In this document: positions 1-7,946 of the stretch, piece after piece
Layout: the number at the start of each line of letters is the position of its first letter
How positions within the stretch are numbered: position 1 is the first letter of the stretch
Source of the DNA: Calditrichia bacterium
Lineage (GTDB): Bacteria; Calditrichota; Calditrichia; JAJRVZ01
Assembly: GCA_963796965.1 (NCBI GenBank)
Contig: CAWCNS010000006.1
Location: forward strand, 256,001-320,000
Length of the DNA: 64,000 bases
Direction of reading: 5' to 3'
Notes under the pieces: generated by a model
Databases searched by the model: none
Told to the model about the DNA's origin: nothing
The model's input: the letters and a program-made list of their open reading frames with translations, nothing else
Translations under genes and position numbers: made by a program

Positions 1-2
1 AG

Positions 3-308
3 ATGTCTATTCAATACTTAGGTATTGGCGCAAAACTGGTTGGATATTTAAACTCAAAACCTAAGGGATTTTATTTAGGTGGAGCAATAAGTTACAATAT
101 CATTTCATATGACACCATTAAATGGACAGAGATTCCTGAAAACACCTACATACTCAATGAAAGTACCAACCGCATTGGATTTACAGGATTGGCTGGATAT
201 CTTTTTCTGTTAAAAAAGATATCAATATTTGTAGAGATTGATTATATGTTAACCACCGGCGGGCTAAATAATCTGACGGCCACAACAGGTGTGAATATAA
301 ATCTGTAA
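3..308 (+). CDS. Outer-membrane beta-barrel protein, C-terminal part (probably 5'-truncated by the window)
   Basis: Alternating amphipathic strands (GFYLGGAISY, IGFTGLAGY, ISIFVEIDY) and a terminal strand TGVNINL. Confidence 0.6.
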   Translation: MSIQYLGIGAKLVGYLNSKPKGFYLGGAISYNIISYDTIKWTEIPENTYILNESTNRIGFTGLAGYLFLLKKISIFVEIDYMLTTGGLNNLTATTGVNINL

Positions 309-349
309 CTTCAAATTAGGAAATATTATTAAAAGTTAAGGGATAAGAG

Positions 350-1162
350 TTGGATATATTAAAAGTAATTATTTTGGGAATTGTACAAGGATTAACTGAA
401 TTTCTTCCTGTTTCCAGTTCAGGCCATCTCGTATTAGCTGCAGAATTTTTAAATTTTCATGAAGAGGGTGTTGCCTTTGAAGTATTTGTACATCTGGGCA
501 CACTTCTTTCTGTATTGATTGCATTTCGCGCGGATGTTTTTAAGATGATTCTTGCCCCTTTTCAATTAATATTCAAAAAGGGCAATAGTATTGAAGCAAA
601 AAAATACTTAATGTGGGATTTATATATTATCATCGGTACAATCCCTGCAGCCATTATTGGCTTATTATTTAAGTCAAAAATTGAAGAGGCTTTTTCTAAC
701 ATTCTTCTGGTTATCATCATGTTAGCGATAACTGGTACGATTCTCTTAATATCAAGATATGAACCGCGAAAGAGTGAAGATCTATCACCACTTAAAAGTA
801 TACTTATAGGAACTGCACAGGCATTTGCTATATTGCCCGGTATTTCCCGCAGTGGATCTACTATTGTAACAGGACTGTTCCTGGGGTTAGACCGAGAAAC
901 ATCTGCCAAATTTTCATTTCTATTAGCAATTCCTGCCATCCTTGGTGCCAGTGTGATTAAATTAAACGACCTTCTTTCTGTCGGAGGAAGTCAGATTCCT
1001 ATAAGTTACTTAGTTATTGGTGCTCTTGCGGCATTTGCTTCCGGATATATGGCTATATTCTGGCTACTCAATATTGTAAAACGTGGAAAACTTGAGTGGT
1101 TTGCTTTTTATTGTTTTTTTGTCGTTATTATTTCTTCAGTCTGGTACATCTGGTTCAATTAA
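350..1162 (+). CDS. uppP: Undecaprenyl-diphosphate phosphatase (BacA/UppP)
   Basis: LGIVQGLTEFLPVSSSGHL and AILPGISRSGSTI motifs; TTG start after AAGGGA. Confidence 0.97.
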   Translation: MDILKVIILGIVQGLTEFLPVSSSGHLVLAAEFLNFHEEGVAFEVFVHLGTLLSVLIAFRADVFKMILAPFQLIFKKGNSIEAKKYLMWDLYIIIGTIPAAIIGLLFKSKIEEAFSNILLVIIMLAITGTILLISRYEPRKSEDLSPLKSILIGTAQAFAILPGISRSGSTIVTGLFLGLDRETSAKFSFLLAIPAILGASVIKLNDLLSVGGSQIPISYLVIGALAAFASGYMAIFWLLNIVKRGKLEWFAFYCFFVVIISSVWYIWFN

Positions 1163-1301
1163 AATCCGTTTCAATCCTATTTTTAATCATTGTTTTATCA
1201 AAATCCCTTAATAAACTTTTTAATGGGTGTTGTGTAATTATACTTTTATGGCTCTCTGGAACCCCAAATATTAATGATAAATCAATCTCAAAGGTCCTTT
1301 A

Positions 1302-2750
1302 ATGAATCAGAAACAAGATTTCTTTTCTTCGAGATGGACATTCCTATTAGCAGCCTTAGGGATGGCCATTGGGGCTGGTAATATATGGCGTTTTCCCCGT
1401 CTTGCCGGTCAGTATGGTGGTTCTTTTCTCATCCCTTGGATGATTTTTTTGTTTATATGGTCAATTCCTTTAATTGTTATTGAATTCTCTTTAGGAAAAA
1501 AATTTCGATTAGGCGTTATCGGTGTATTTAGTCGGGGACTTGGAAGGTCCTATACCTGGATGGGATGGTTTGTTGCCCTCTGTACGACATTTATTATGTT
1601 TTACTATTCGGTTGTTTGTGGTTGGAGTTTAAAATATTTTATGCTCAGTATAAGTGGAGGGCTCTCTGATCTTAAGCATGTAGAATTTTGGAATACATAT
1701 ACGACATCAGGTTATGAACCCGTTATCTATCATATTCTTGCAATTTTAATTGGCTCAGGCATTATTTTTTGGGGTATTAAACATGGCATCGAGATAGCCG
1801 TAAAAATATTAGTTCCACTTTTATTCGTTTTGATCACAATTGCAGCAATTGGTGCCATTTCACTGCCTGGATCAGGTAAGGGACTCTCCTATTTATTTCG
1901 GATCCGGATCGATGATTTATTAAATTATAAAGTATGGCTAGAAGCCCTTTCACAATCAGCCTGGTCGACAGGTGCCGGATGGGGATTAATTCTAACCTAT
2001 TCAAACTATGTTAAAAAGAAAGAAAAATCTACGTATAATGCCATTATCACTGGAATCGGAAACAATCTCGCCTCAATGTTATGTGCATTAGCGATTATTC
2101 CAACCGTTTTTGCTTTGACTTCTACAGTTGAAGAAGCGAATCTTGTACTTCAGGCCGGTAACCAGGGATTAACATTCATTTTTCTCCCCCAACTATTTAC
2201 AAAAATACCTGGTGGCTATTTTATAACGCCTCTTTTCTTTTTTGCATTGTTTATTGCCGCAATTTCGAGTCTGATCTCGATGCTTGAACTCGCCGTGCGT
2301 ATCATAATGGACTATGGTTGGACCAGATCTCAGTCTGTAATTCTTATTGGAACTATAGCGATTATTGCCGGTATTCCATCGGCTATATCGCTTAAAATCT
2401 TCAATAATCAGGACTGGGTATGGGGCCTGGGATTAATTTTGTCAGGTTTTTTCTTTATCTTTTTTGCAATAAAGACAAAAGTTGAAAATTATGTGATGCT
2501 ATATCTGGGTTCAGAATTTAATAATTTACTTAAAAATATCTGGCTATTAAGAATACTCATACTTACAATGCTCATCGAGTTTTTACTGATGATGATTTGG
2601 TGGTTTTTCCAATCCATGGTCTGGAATCCAACAACATGGTGGAATCCATTTTATGAGTACACCATTGGTACTTGTTTGTTTCAATGGATTATAGTAATCT
2701 TGGCAGGCCTGATATTCAATCGTAAAATATCCAATCTAAAGAACTCATAG
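1302..2750 (+). CDS. Sodium-dependent transporter, NSS/SNF family
   Basis: GMAIGAGNIWRFPRLAGQYGG TM1 motif; about 12 TM segments. Confidence 0.93.
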   Translation: MNQKQDFFSSRWTFLLAALGMAIGAGNIWRFPRLAGQYGGSFLIPWMIFLFIWSIPLIVIEFSLGKKFRLGVIGVFSRGLGRSYTWMGWFVALCTTFIMFYYSVVCGWSLKYFMLSISGGLSDLKHVEFWNTYTTSGYEPVIYHILAILIGSGIIFWGIKHGIEIAVKILVPLLFVLITIAAIGAISLPGSGKGLSYLFRIRIDDLLNYKVWLEALSQSAWSTGAGWGLILTYSNYVKKKEKSTYNAIITGIGNNLASMLCALAIIPTVFALTSTVEEANLVLQAGNQGLTFIFLPQLFTKIPGGYFITPLFFFALFIAAISSLISMLELAVRIIMDYGWTRSQSVILIGTIAIIAGIPSAISLKIFNNQDWVWGLGLILSGFFFIFFAIKTKVENYVMLYLGSEFNNLLKNIWLLRILILTMLIEFLLMMIWWFFQSMVWNPTTWWNPFYEYTIGTCLFQWIIVILAGLIFNRKISNLKNS

Positions 2751-2781
2751 TATAGAAAGCGGTTTTGAAAGAAAGTGTGTT

Positions 2782-3793
2782 ATGAGTGAACATTCTGTGG
2801 TATCGTTTAAAAAATATCTTGAAAAGCCCTTAAGTGAAAATCTTATTGTGATTTATGGCGAAGAGCGTTTTTTTTACGATCAAATTCTTGATGCCATAGA
2901 GAAGGCTGCCTTTACAAATAAGGCGGATAAAGAATTAAACTTTCACTTATTTTATGGTACAGAGATAACATTATCAGAACTATTAAATACGTGTTTATCT
3001 TATCCCATGTTGTCTGATAGGAAATTAGTAATTGTCAAGGAGTTTGACAAATTACAAATCACGGATCAGGAAAGTTTTCTTAAATACCTTGCAAACCCAC
3101 AGACTACGACAACACTTGTTCTTGTCGCTGAGCGATTAAATCGCGCCAAGGTTTATACAGAAATTCTCCGCAAGGCTATAGTCTGTAAAATGCAAAAAAT
3201 TGAACGAGACAGATATTTTTCAGTGGACAGTGGCCAAGTTGAAAGAATCAAATTTACAAGCCGATAAAGAAAGTATTACATTTTTAGTTGAAAATATAGG
3301 TACTAATTTATTACGTTTAAATCTTGAAATTGAAAAAGTGAAAAGTTTCTTAAAAAGCGGACAGTCTCTGACATTAGAGCTGGTTTCGCAAATTACCGGT
3401 TTTACAAGAGAAGTGAATATTTTTAATTTCCAGAAGGTTCTTGCTGGAAAAGATCTAAAAGCCAGTTTAAAAATTGGATCTCACTTATTGGAACAAGGGG
3501 AGGTGTTAGCTGGTATGCTTCCCGCAATATTTACTTTTTTTAGAAGGATGTGGGCTGTCAGTGAACTTCAGCAAAAAAATTATACCCAGAGTCAAATTCT
3601 GGAGATGCTTCAGGGTCATCCCTATGCCTACAAAGAGATCTTTGCCCATGTTAATAAATTTGATAAACTGCATATTGAATTAATATTCAGTAAATTGCTT
3701 GAGGCAGAGATACAATTAAAAACCTCACAGAAATCTCCGGAATCAATTTTAACAATTTTATGTTATTATATATGTAATTATCAAAAAAATTAG
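2782..3793 (+). CDS. holA: DNA polymerase III delta subunit, split by one frameshift near 3190
   Basis: IYGEERFF and SYPMLSDRKLVIVK in ORF 2782..3267; LVENIGTNLLRLNLEIEKV and LLEAEIQLKTS in ORF 3200..3793; frames join at an A-run. Confidence 0.9.
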
Positions 3794-3801
3794 TTTTTTT
3801 A

Positions 3802-3826
3802 GGAACAAAAGAAACTTTAATCTGTT
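3802..3826 (+). promoter_or_regulatory. Candidate ECF-sigma autoregulatory promoter
   Basis: GGAAC-N17-GTT immediately upstream of the ECF sigma gene. Confidence 0.4.
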
Positions 3827-3844
3827 TAAAAAAACGTTGGAAAG

Positions 3845-4477
3845 ATGACAACTTTGAAGAATGATGATGTTTCAAGTCGCGCACAATCAACGAATCAACC
3901 TACTGACGAAGAACTTATTGCCCGGTTTCAGAATGGAGATGCTTACGCCTTTGATTTGCTCGTAAAAAGATACAAGGATCCTTTGTTAAACTTTATTTAT
4001 CGCTTTATTGGTGATTTGGTAGAGGCTGAGGATATCGTTCAGGAAACATTTTATCGCGTTTATAAAAATAAACATTATTATAAGGAAGTTGCAAAATTTT
4101 CAACATGGATTTATACTATTGCTGGAAATTTAGCCAAAACTGAACTACGAAGAAGAAAAAGGCGAAAAGTTTTTTCTATTCATAAGGAAACAGCAATTGA
4201 TAAAGAACTTGAACTTCCTGATTTAAAAAGTGATCCTGAAAAGGAAGCAAATACAATCGTTACTGAAAAATTAATTCAAAAGGCGATTGGGAGTTTGCCT
4301 CAAAAATTTAGACAAGTGATTGTTTTAAGAGATATTCAAGGTTTCTCTTACGAAGAAATTAGCACAATTATAAAGGTTCCGCTTGGAACTGTTAAATCGA
4401 GAGTAAATCGCGCACGTTTAAAATTGCAGGAAGATCTGGATTTCTTACTTGATGATCTGGAGCACCTGTCCGCATAA
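3845..4477 (+). CDS. ECF RNA polymerase sigma factor (RpoE/SigW-like)
   Basis: AEDIVQETF, FSTWIYTIAGN, SYEEIS...VPLGTVKSRVNRAR. Confidence 0.95.
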   Translation: MTTLKNDDVSSRAQSTNQPTDEELIARFQNGDAYAFDLLVKRYKDPLLNFIYRFIGDLVEAEDIVQETFYRVYKNKHYYKEVAKFSTWIYTIAGNLAKTELRRRKRRKVFSIHKETAIDKELELPDLKSDPEKEANTIVTEKLIQKAIGSLPQKFRQVIVLRDIQGFSYEEISTIIKVPLGTVKSRVNRARLKLQEDLDFLLDDLEHLSA

Positions 4478-4490
4478 GAGGAGTTTGCCT

Positions 4491-5030
4491 ATGGGCGAAT
4501 GTGACCGTTTTAAAAATTACATATCTGATTATCTGGACAATACACTTGATCCTACGACACATAATGAATTTGAAAAAGCATTAAAAAGTTCAGCAGATTT
4601 ACAGAGAATGACGAACAAGGTATCCAGTTTGAGATCAAGTCTTAAGAATCTCTCCTATCAAACCTGTTCTGATGATTTTTCATTAAAACTACGCGAACGA
4701 ATTCATACCGAACCTGAACCGATAGTCTCCCGGAAAAATATGGTTCGATTGTCATTCGCTTTTTCTTTTGTAATAATAATTGCTTTCGCGACATTTAGCC
4801 TGACTAATCTTTTAAATTCTACCGGTAGTGAGACACCTGTTCAGAAGACTTCTGATTATCAGGATCAGTCAACTCCCAGTCCTGCTTCAAGCACAAAGAA
4901 TCCAGTTATTAAAGATGGTGAGGTGGAAATTAATACTAAGAATTCACAGGAAGCTTTGCTGGATTCAAGTAGAACAAAACCAACTAGAAACCCGGATTCG
5001 CGAAGGCAACAAGTAGATCAAGAGAAATAA
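4491..5030 (+). CDS. Membrane-anchored anti-sigma factor (zf-HC2-like N-terminus)
   Basis: C-x6-SDYLDNTL N-terminal ASD, one TM helix, directly after the ECF sigma; ATG at 4491 follows GAGGAG. Confidence 0.8.
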   Translation: MGECDRFKNYISDYLDNTLDPTTHNEFEKALKSSADLQRMTNKVSSLRSSLKNLSYQTCSDDFSLKLRERIHTEPEPIVSRKNMVRLSFAFSFVIIIAFATFSLTNLLNSTGSETPVQKTSDYQDQSTPSPASSTKNPVIKDGEVEINTKNSQEALLDSSRTKPTRNPDSRRQQVDQEK

Positions 5031-5155
5031 AAAGTTTGGCTAATTCATCATACTGATACCTTGATTGAATTGAAGAAATTTATTCTTTAAATTGCATAAA
5101 TATTTTTTCTGGTTTATAATTCTCCAAAACAATCTTACCTTTTCCGGAAAAATAC

Positions 5156-6361
5156 ATGCAAAGAATAATCATCATTGTGTTGCTCTGCCTGCTTGGAATT
5201 TTTGTCCATCCCTTCGATCCCGGTCTAATGGATTTTTTTTACCGCTTTATTGTCTACTCAATCATCGTTTATTTGGTCTACATTACATTTCAACGACAGC
5301 AAAAGGATGAGGATCTAGATGAACAGCCTATTCAAGAGGTTCATTTGCATGATCGGGATCCGTTGGAATTGTCAGGCGACTGGGAGTTAGAAACCTTAAT
5401 TAAAGGGGATGGCAGAACCAAGGATTTCTTAAAGGACCAATTTGATATTATGGTCAATCTTGTATTTCCGGACAATGGCTGGGTTTTTCATAAAGAAAAC
5501 AATGAAATATCATTAATTCACTTTAAAAACCTCACAGATCTTCAATTCGACACTATTAACTCCAGATATCCAATCTCCGGGTTAATTCAAATCCTGGATG
5601 AGAAAAATGATCTTGTTATTGAAAACAATCTGGACAAGTCTGAAAACCTTTTAGCGTATTACATAGATAGTGAATATACCGCAGGATCCTTTATGGGACT
5701 TCCGGTTATCTTGCCAAATAATGAAAAACTTTTTATTGTATTCGATTCTGTCCACCCAAATCATTTTAATATCGATGATTCATCAATGTTTAATAGAATT
5801 TCCCGTAATACCAGCATCTGGCTTCAAAACCGGATTAAAGCCTATACGTTACTATCCGAAATTCAATTAAATAAAAAAATGCTTGAGTTCACCCGGAAAT
5901 TGAATGCCAGCAACACAATCTCAGCTGCTATCGAACAAATGGCATTTTTGATTAGTGATGAATTTGAGGCAAGTCGGCTCTGTATTTCGCTTAAAAAGAA
6001 AGAAATGGACCAAGCAAGCATAAAAAAAGTCGTAGGGCAGTTAGATGAATTTGTAGAAGACACTGTTTTTCCACTTGATGAAGGAATAACAGGTTGGGTT
6101 ATTAGCAAAAACAAACCCTATCTCATCGATGATATGGAGAAGGGAGAATATTTCATTCCACGATATAACAAAAATGAAAAATCAAATCATGGTCTGCGAT
6201 CTTTTCTTGGAATTCCAATTGAGGCTGGTGAACAGGTTATGGGGGCTGTGACTTTAGAACATCGTTCAGCGAGCAAATACGGAGAACCAGAGAAGAAAAA
6301 ATTGTATCAATTTGTGAACCTTCTTGCAACAACTTTTTTACGTTCGACCAGCAGAAATTAA
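5156..6361 (+). CDS. Membrane-anchored tandem GAF-domain protein with no output domain
   Basis: Two N-terminal TM helices; GAF motifs GSFMGLPV and EGITGWVI...RSFLGIPIEAGEQVMGAVTLE. Confidence 0.8.
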   Translation: MQRIIIIVLLCLLGIFVHPFDPGLMDFFYRFIVYSIIVYLVYITFQRQQKDEDLDEQPIQEVHLHDRDPLELSGDWELETLIKGDGRTKDFLKDQFDIMVNLVFPDNGWVFHKENNEISLIHFKNLTDLQFDTINSRYPISGLIQILDEKNDLVIENNLDKSENLLAYYIDSEYTAGSFMGLPVILPNNEKLFIVFDSVHPNHFNIDDSSMFNRISRNTSIWLQNRIKAYTLLSEIQLNKKMLEFTRKLNASNTISAAIEQMAFLISDEFEASRLCISLKKKEMDQASIKKVVGQLDEFVEDTVFPLDEGITGWVISKNKPYLIDDMEKGEYFIPRYNKNEKSNHGLRSFLGIPIEAGEQVMGAVTLEHRSASKYGEPEKKKLYQFVNLLATTFLRSTSRN

Positions 6362-6386
6362 TCTTTTATCTGGTTTACTCCCCAAG

Positions 6387-6866
6387 TTATAACTTATCTT
6401 TAATTTCGATAAAATCCGGATTTAGATCTTTATCAGTAAGATCTAAAATGGCAACTGTCCCATATTTTCTACCCCTAGGTTTAACAGCACTTCCAGGATT
6501 GATATATTTTATATCTCTGAAAAATTCATGGGAAGTGACATGGGTATGTCCGGAAATAACAATATCAACCTCAATGTTCTTTTTAAATAGTTGAAAACTA
6601 AAATATTTTGGTTTTATAATATCATGGATAAGGCAAATACGTTGTCCGTCTAATTCTGTAACGAGCATATCCTTATAATTCACGACTATTGGCCAGGTAT
6701 CAACATTTCCGTAGACCGCTTGTACTGGGGCTATGATTTCCAAACCTTGTATAACATCCTGATTCCCTATATCACCAGCATGAAATATTTGATCAACACC
6801 TTTGAAGATATCAAAGATCGATCCGGGTAAAGTGCCATGTGTATCTGAAATTATTCCTATTTTCAT
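6387..6866 (-). CDS. Metallophosphoesterase, YfcE/MJ0936 family
   Basis: IISDTHG, HAGD, GNVD, SGHTH, NPGS motifs. Confidence 0.93.
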   Translation of the reverse strand: MKIGIISDTHGTLPGSIFDIFKGVDQIFHAGDIGNQDVIQGLEIIAPVQAVYGNVDTWPIVVNYKDMLVTELDGQRICLIHDIIKPKYFSFQLFKKNIEVDIVISGHTHVTSHEFFRDIKYINPGSAVKPRGRKYGTVAILDLTDKDLNPDFIEIKDKL

Positions 6867-6893
6867 ATGCGAAATTACAAATGTCTTCTTTTT

Positions 6894-7050
6894 AAATAAA
6901 GAGAAAAGGGCCCATCGCGCAGATTAAATTTGTCAAGGACTAAGGGGCTTGGGGATAACCCTGATCAAATCTCTTATTTACGCTCTGAGCCCTCAGGAGA
7001 GTAGAAGGTAGGCTTCTTTATGTTATGTCATCTTTTAACTGCGCTCCTTT
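6894..7050 (-). ncRNA. Candidate structured RNA: 87-nt hairpin with C-rich loop plus U-tract
   Basis: Imperfect inverted repeat 6907-6938 / 6959-6993 with several mismatches that form G-U pairs on the minus strand; U-rich tail follows; alternative pairing with 7034-7050. Confidence 0.55.
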
Positions 7051-7118
7051 ATAGATAAGAATAAATATACCTAAACTTACTTGCAGCATTATAACGACAT
7101 ATATAATATCTATTAGAT

Positions 7119-7505
7119 TCATTGCTTTACGTGTAAGCTCCTGAATAAAGTCCAACGGTCAATAAAATGTCTCAAATGTTTTATCTTATAAGGTTCTTGC
7201 ATTAACTCTATTAATGCATCACCAGAGAAATTATTTATACTCAGAGAATCATTATTTTCATCAGAGATATAAATAACAGGTGTCTTTGCTCCAACAGGAT
7301 TTGTTCTCAACTGGTTCAACATTATATCACCGGGTTTCTTGGTGAAATTTTTATTCATAACGATAACTGCCGGTTTATATGTCTGGACTTTCTTTACAAA
7401 ATTAACACTGTCTGTTAATGTAATAACTTTAAATTTATATACATTTAGCAAATCTTCGATAACTTTTGCTTTATCAGGATTCTCTTCGCAAATCATTACT
7501 TTCAT
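7119..7505 (-). CDS. Single-domain response-regulator receiver lacking the phospho-acceptor Asp
   Basis: MKVMICEE...YKPAVIVMN...TPVIYIS...EPY; ATG at 7505 after AGAAGGAG. Confidence 0.8.
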   Translation of the reverse strand: MKVMICEENPDKAKVIEDLLNVYKFKVITLTDSVNFVKKVQTYKPAVIVMNKNFTKKPGDIMLNQLRTNPVGAKTPVIYISDENNDSLSINNFSGDALIELMQEPYKIKHLRHFIDRWTLFRSLHVKQ

Positions 7506-7524
7506 CGATTCTCCTTCTATATAA

Positions 7525-7740
7525 TTAAGAATAAACAACGTCCTTATGAATAACTCTGGCTCTAACAGCAGAGACCACTATCTGAGGAAGGTCCTCCAAT
7601 AATTCATCCATAGATTTCCGGTAAACAGTGAGAGCATCACCATCCGAAAAAGTCACTTTTAGGTTGAAATAGGTACCACCAGACTCATCTGAAACGGAAT
7701 TAATATCCAATTGACTATTTAATATGCTCTCCACGTCCAT
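7525..7740 (-). CDS. Small acidic hypothetical protein (71 aa), first gene after the sigma54 promoter
   Basis: ATG at 7740 preceded by GGAAGGA; ORF fills the gap between the promoter and the receiver gene. Confidence 0.7.
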   Translation of the reverse strand: MDVESILNSQLDINSVSDESGGTYFNLKVTFSDGDALTVYRKSMDELLEDLPQIVVSAVRARVIHKDVVYS

Positions 7741-7775
7741 AGATCCTTCCAATTAAAAGTTTAATTAATAGATTG

Positions 7776-7791
7776 GCAAAGACCGCGCCAA
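7776..7791 (-). promoter_or_regulatory. Sigma54 (RpoN) -24/-12 promoter
   Basis: Minus strand reads TTGGCGC-GGTCT-TTGC, matching YTGGCAC-N5-TTGC with exact GG-N10-GC spacing. Confidence 0.88.
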
Positions 7792-7808
7792 AACCATAAC
7801 TTTAATAA

Positions 7809-7848
7809 TATCAATGGGTTGTGGTTTGTTTTTCGTAAGGCGTTGATT
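7809..7848. promoter_or_regulatory. Two IHF consensus sites in opposite orientation
   Basis: TATCAA-TGGG-TTG (+, 7809-7821) and AATCAA-CGCC-TTA (-, 7836-7848), both exact WATCAAN4TTR, between enhancer and promoter. Confidence 0.7.
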
Positions 7849-7880
7849 TTAAACGGCTTGCGGGTTTTGGAAGATTGATG

Positions 7881-7930
7881 GATTGTATTTTATACAATCG
7901 CCATGTTTTATGATTGTATTATTTACAATT
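7881..7930. promoter_or_regulatory. Paired palindromic enhancer (UAS) sites for a sigma54 activator
   Basis: GATTGTAT-ttt-ATACAATC (7881-7899, perfect) and GATTGTAT-tat-TTACAATT (7912-7930), 31 bp apart. Confidence 0.8.
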
Positions 7931-7946
7931 GCAGGGAAGTTAATTT

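Noticed and set aside
3180..3210. Programmed ribosomal frameshift in holA (dnaX-like)
   Set aside because: No stimulatory structure is evident, and similar indels hit many unrelated genes, so assembly error is more parsimonious
6900..7050. Firm call as 6S RNA (ssrS)
   Set aside because: The plus-strand rod fold is possible, but it is short (~146 nt), I cannot find the conserved 6S motifs, and the usual zapA/ygfA/rny context is absent; kept only as an unassigned RNA candidate
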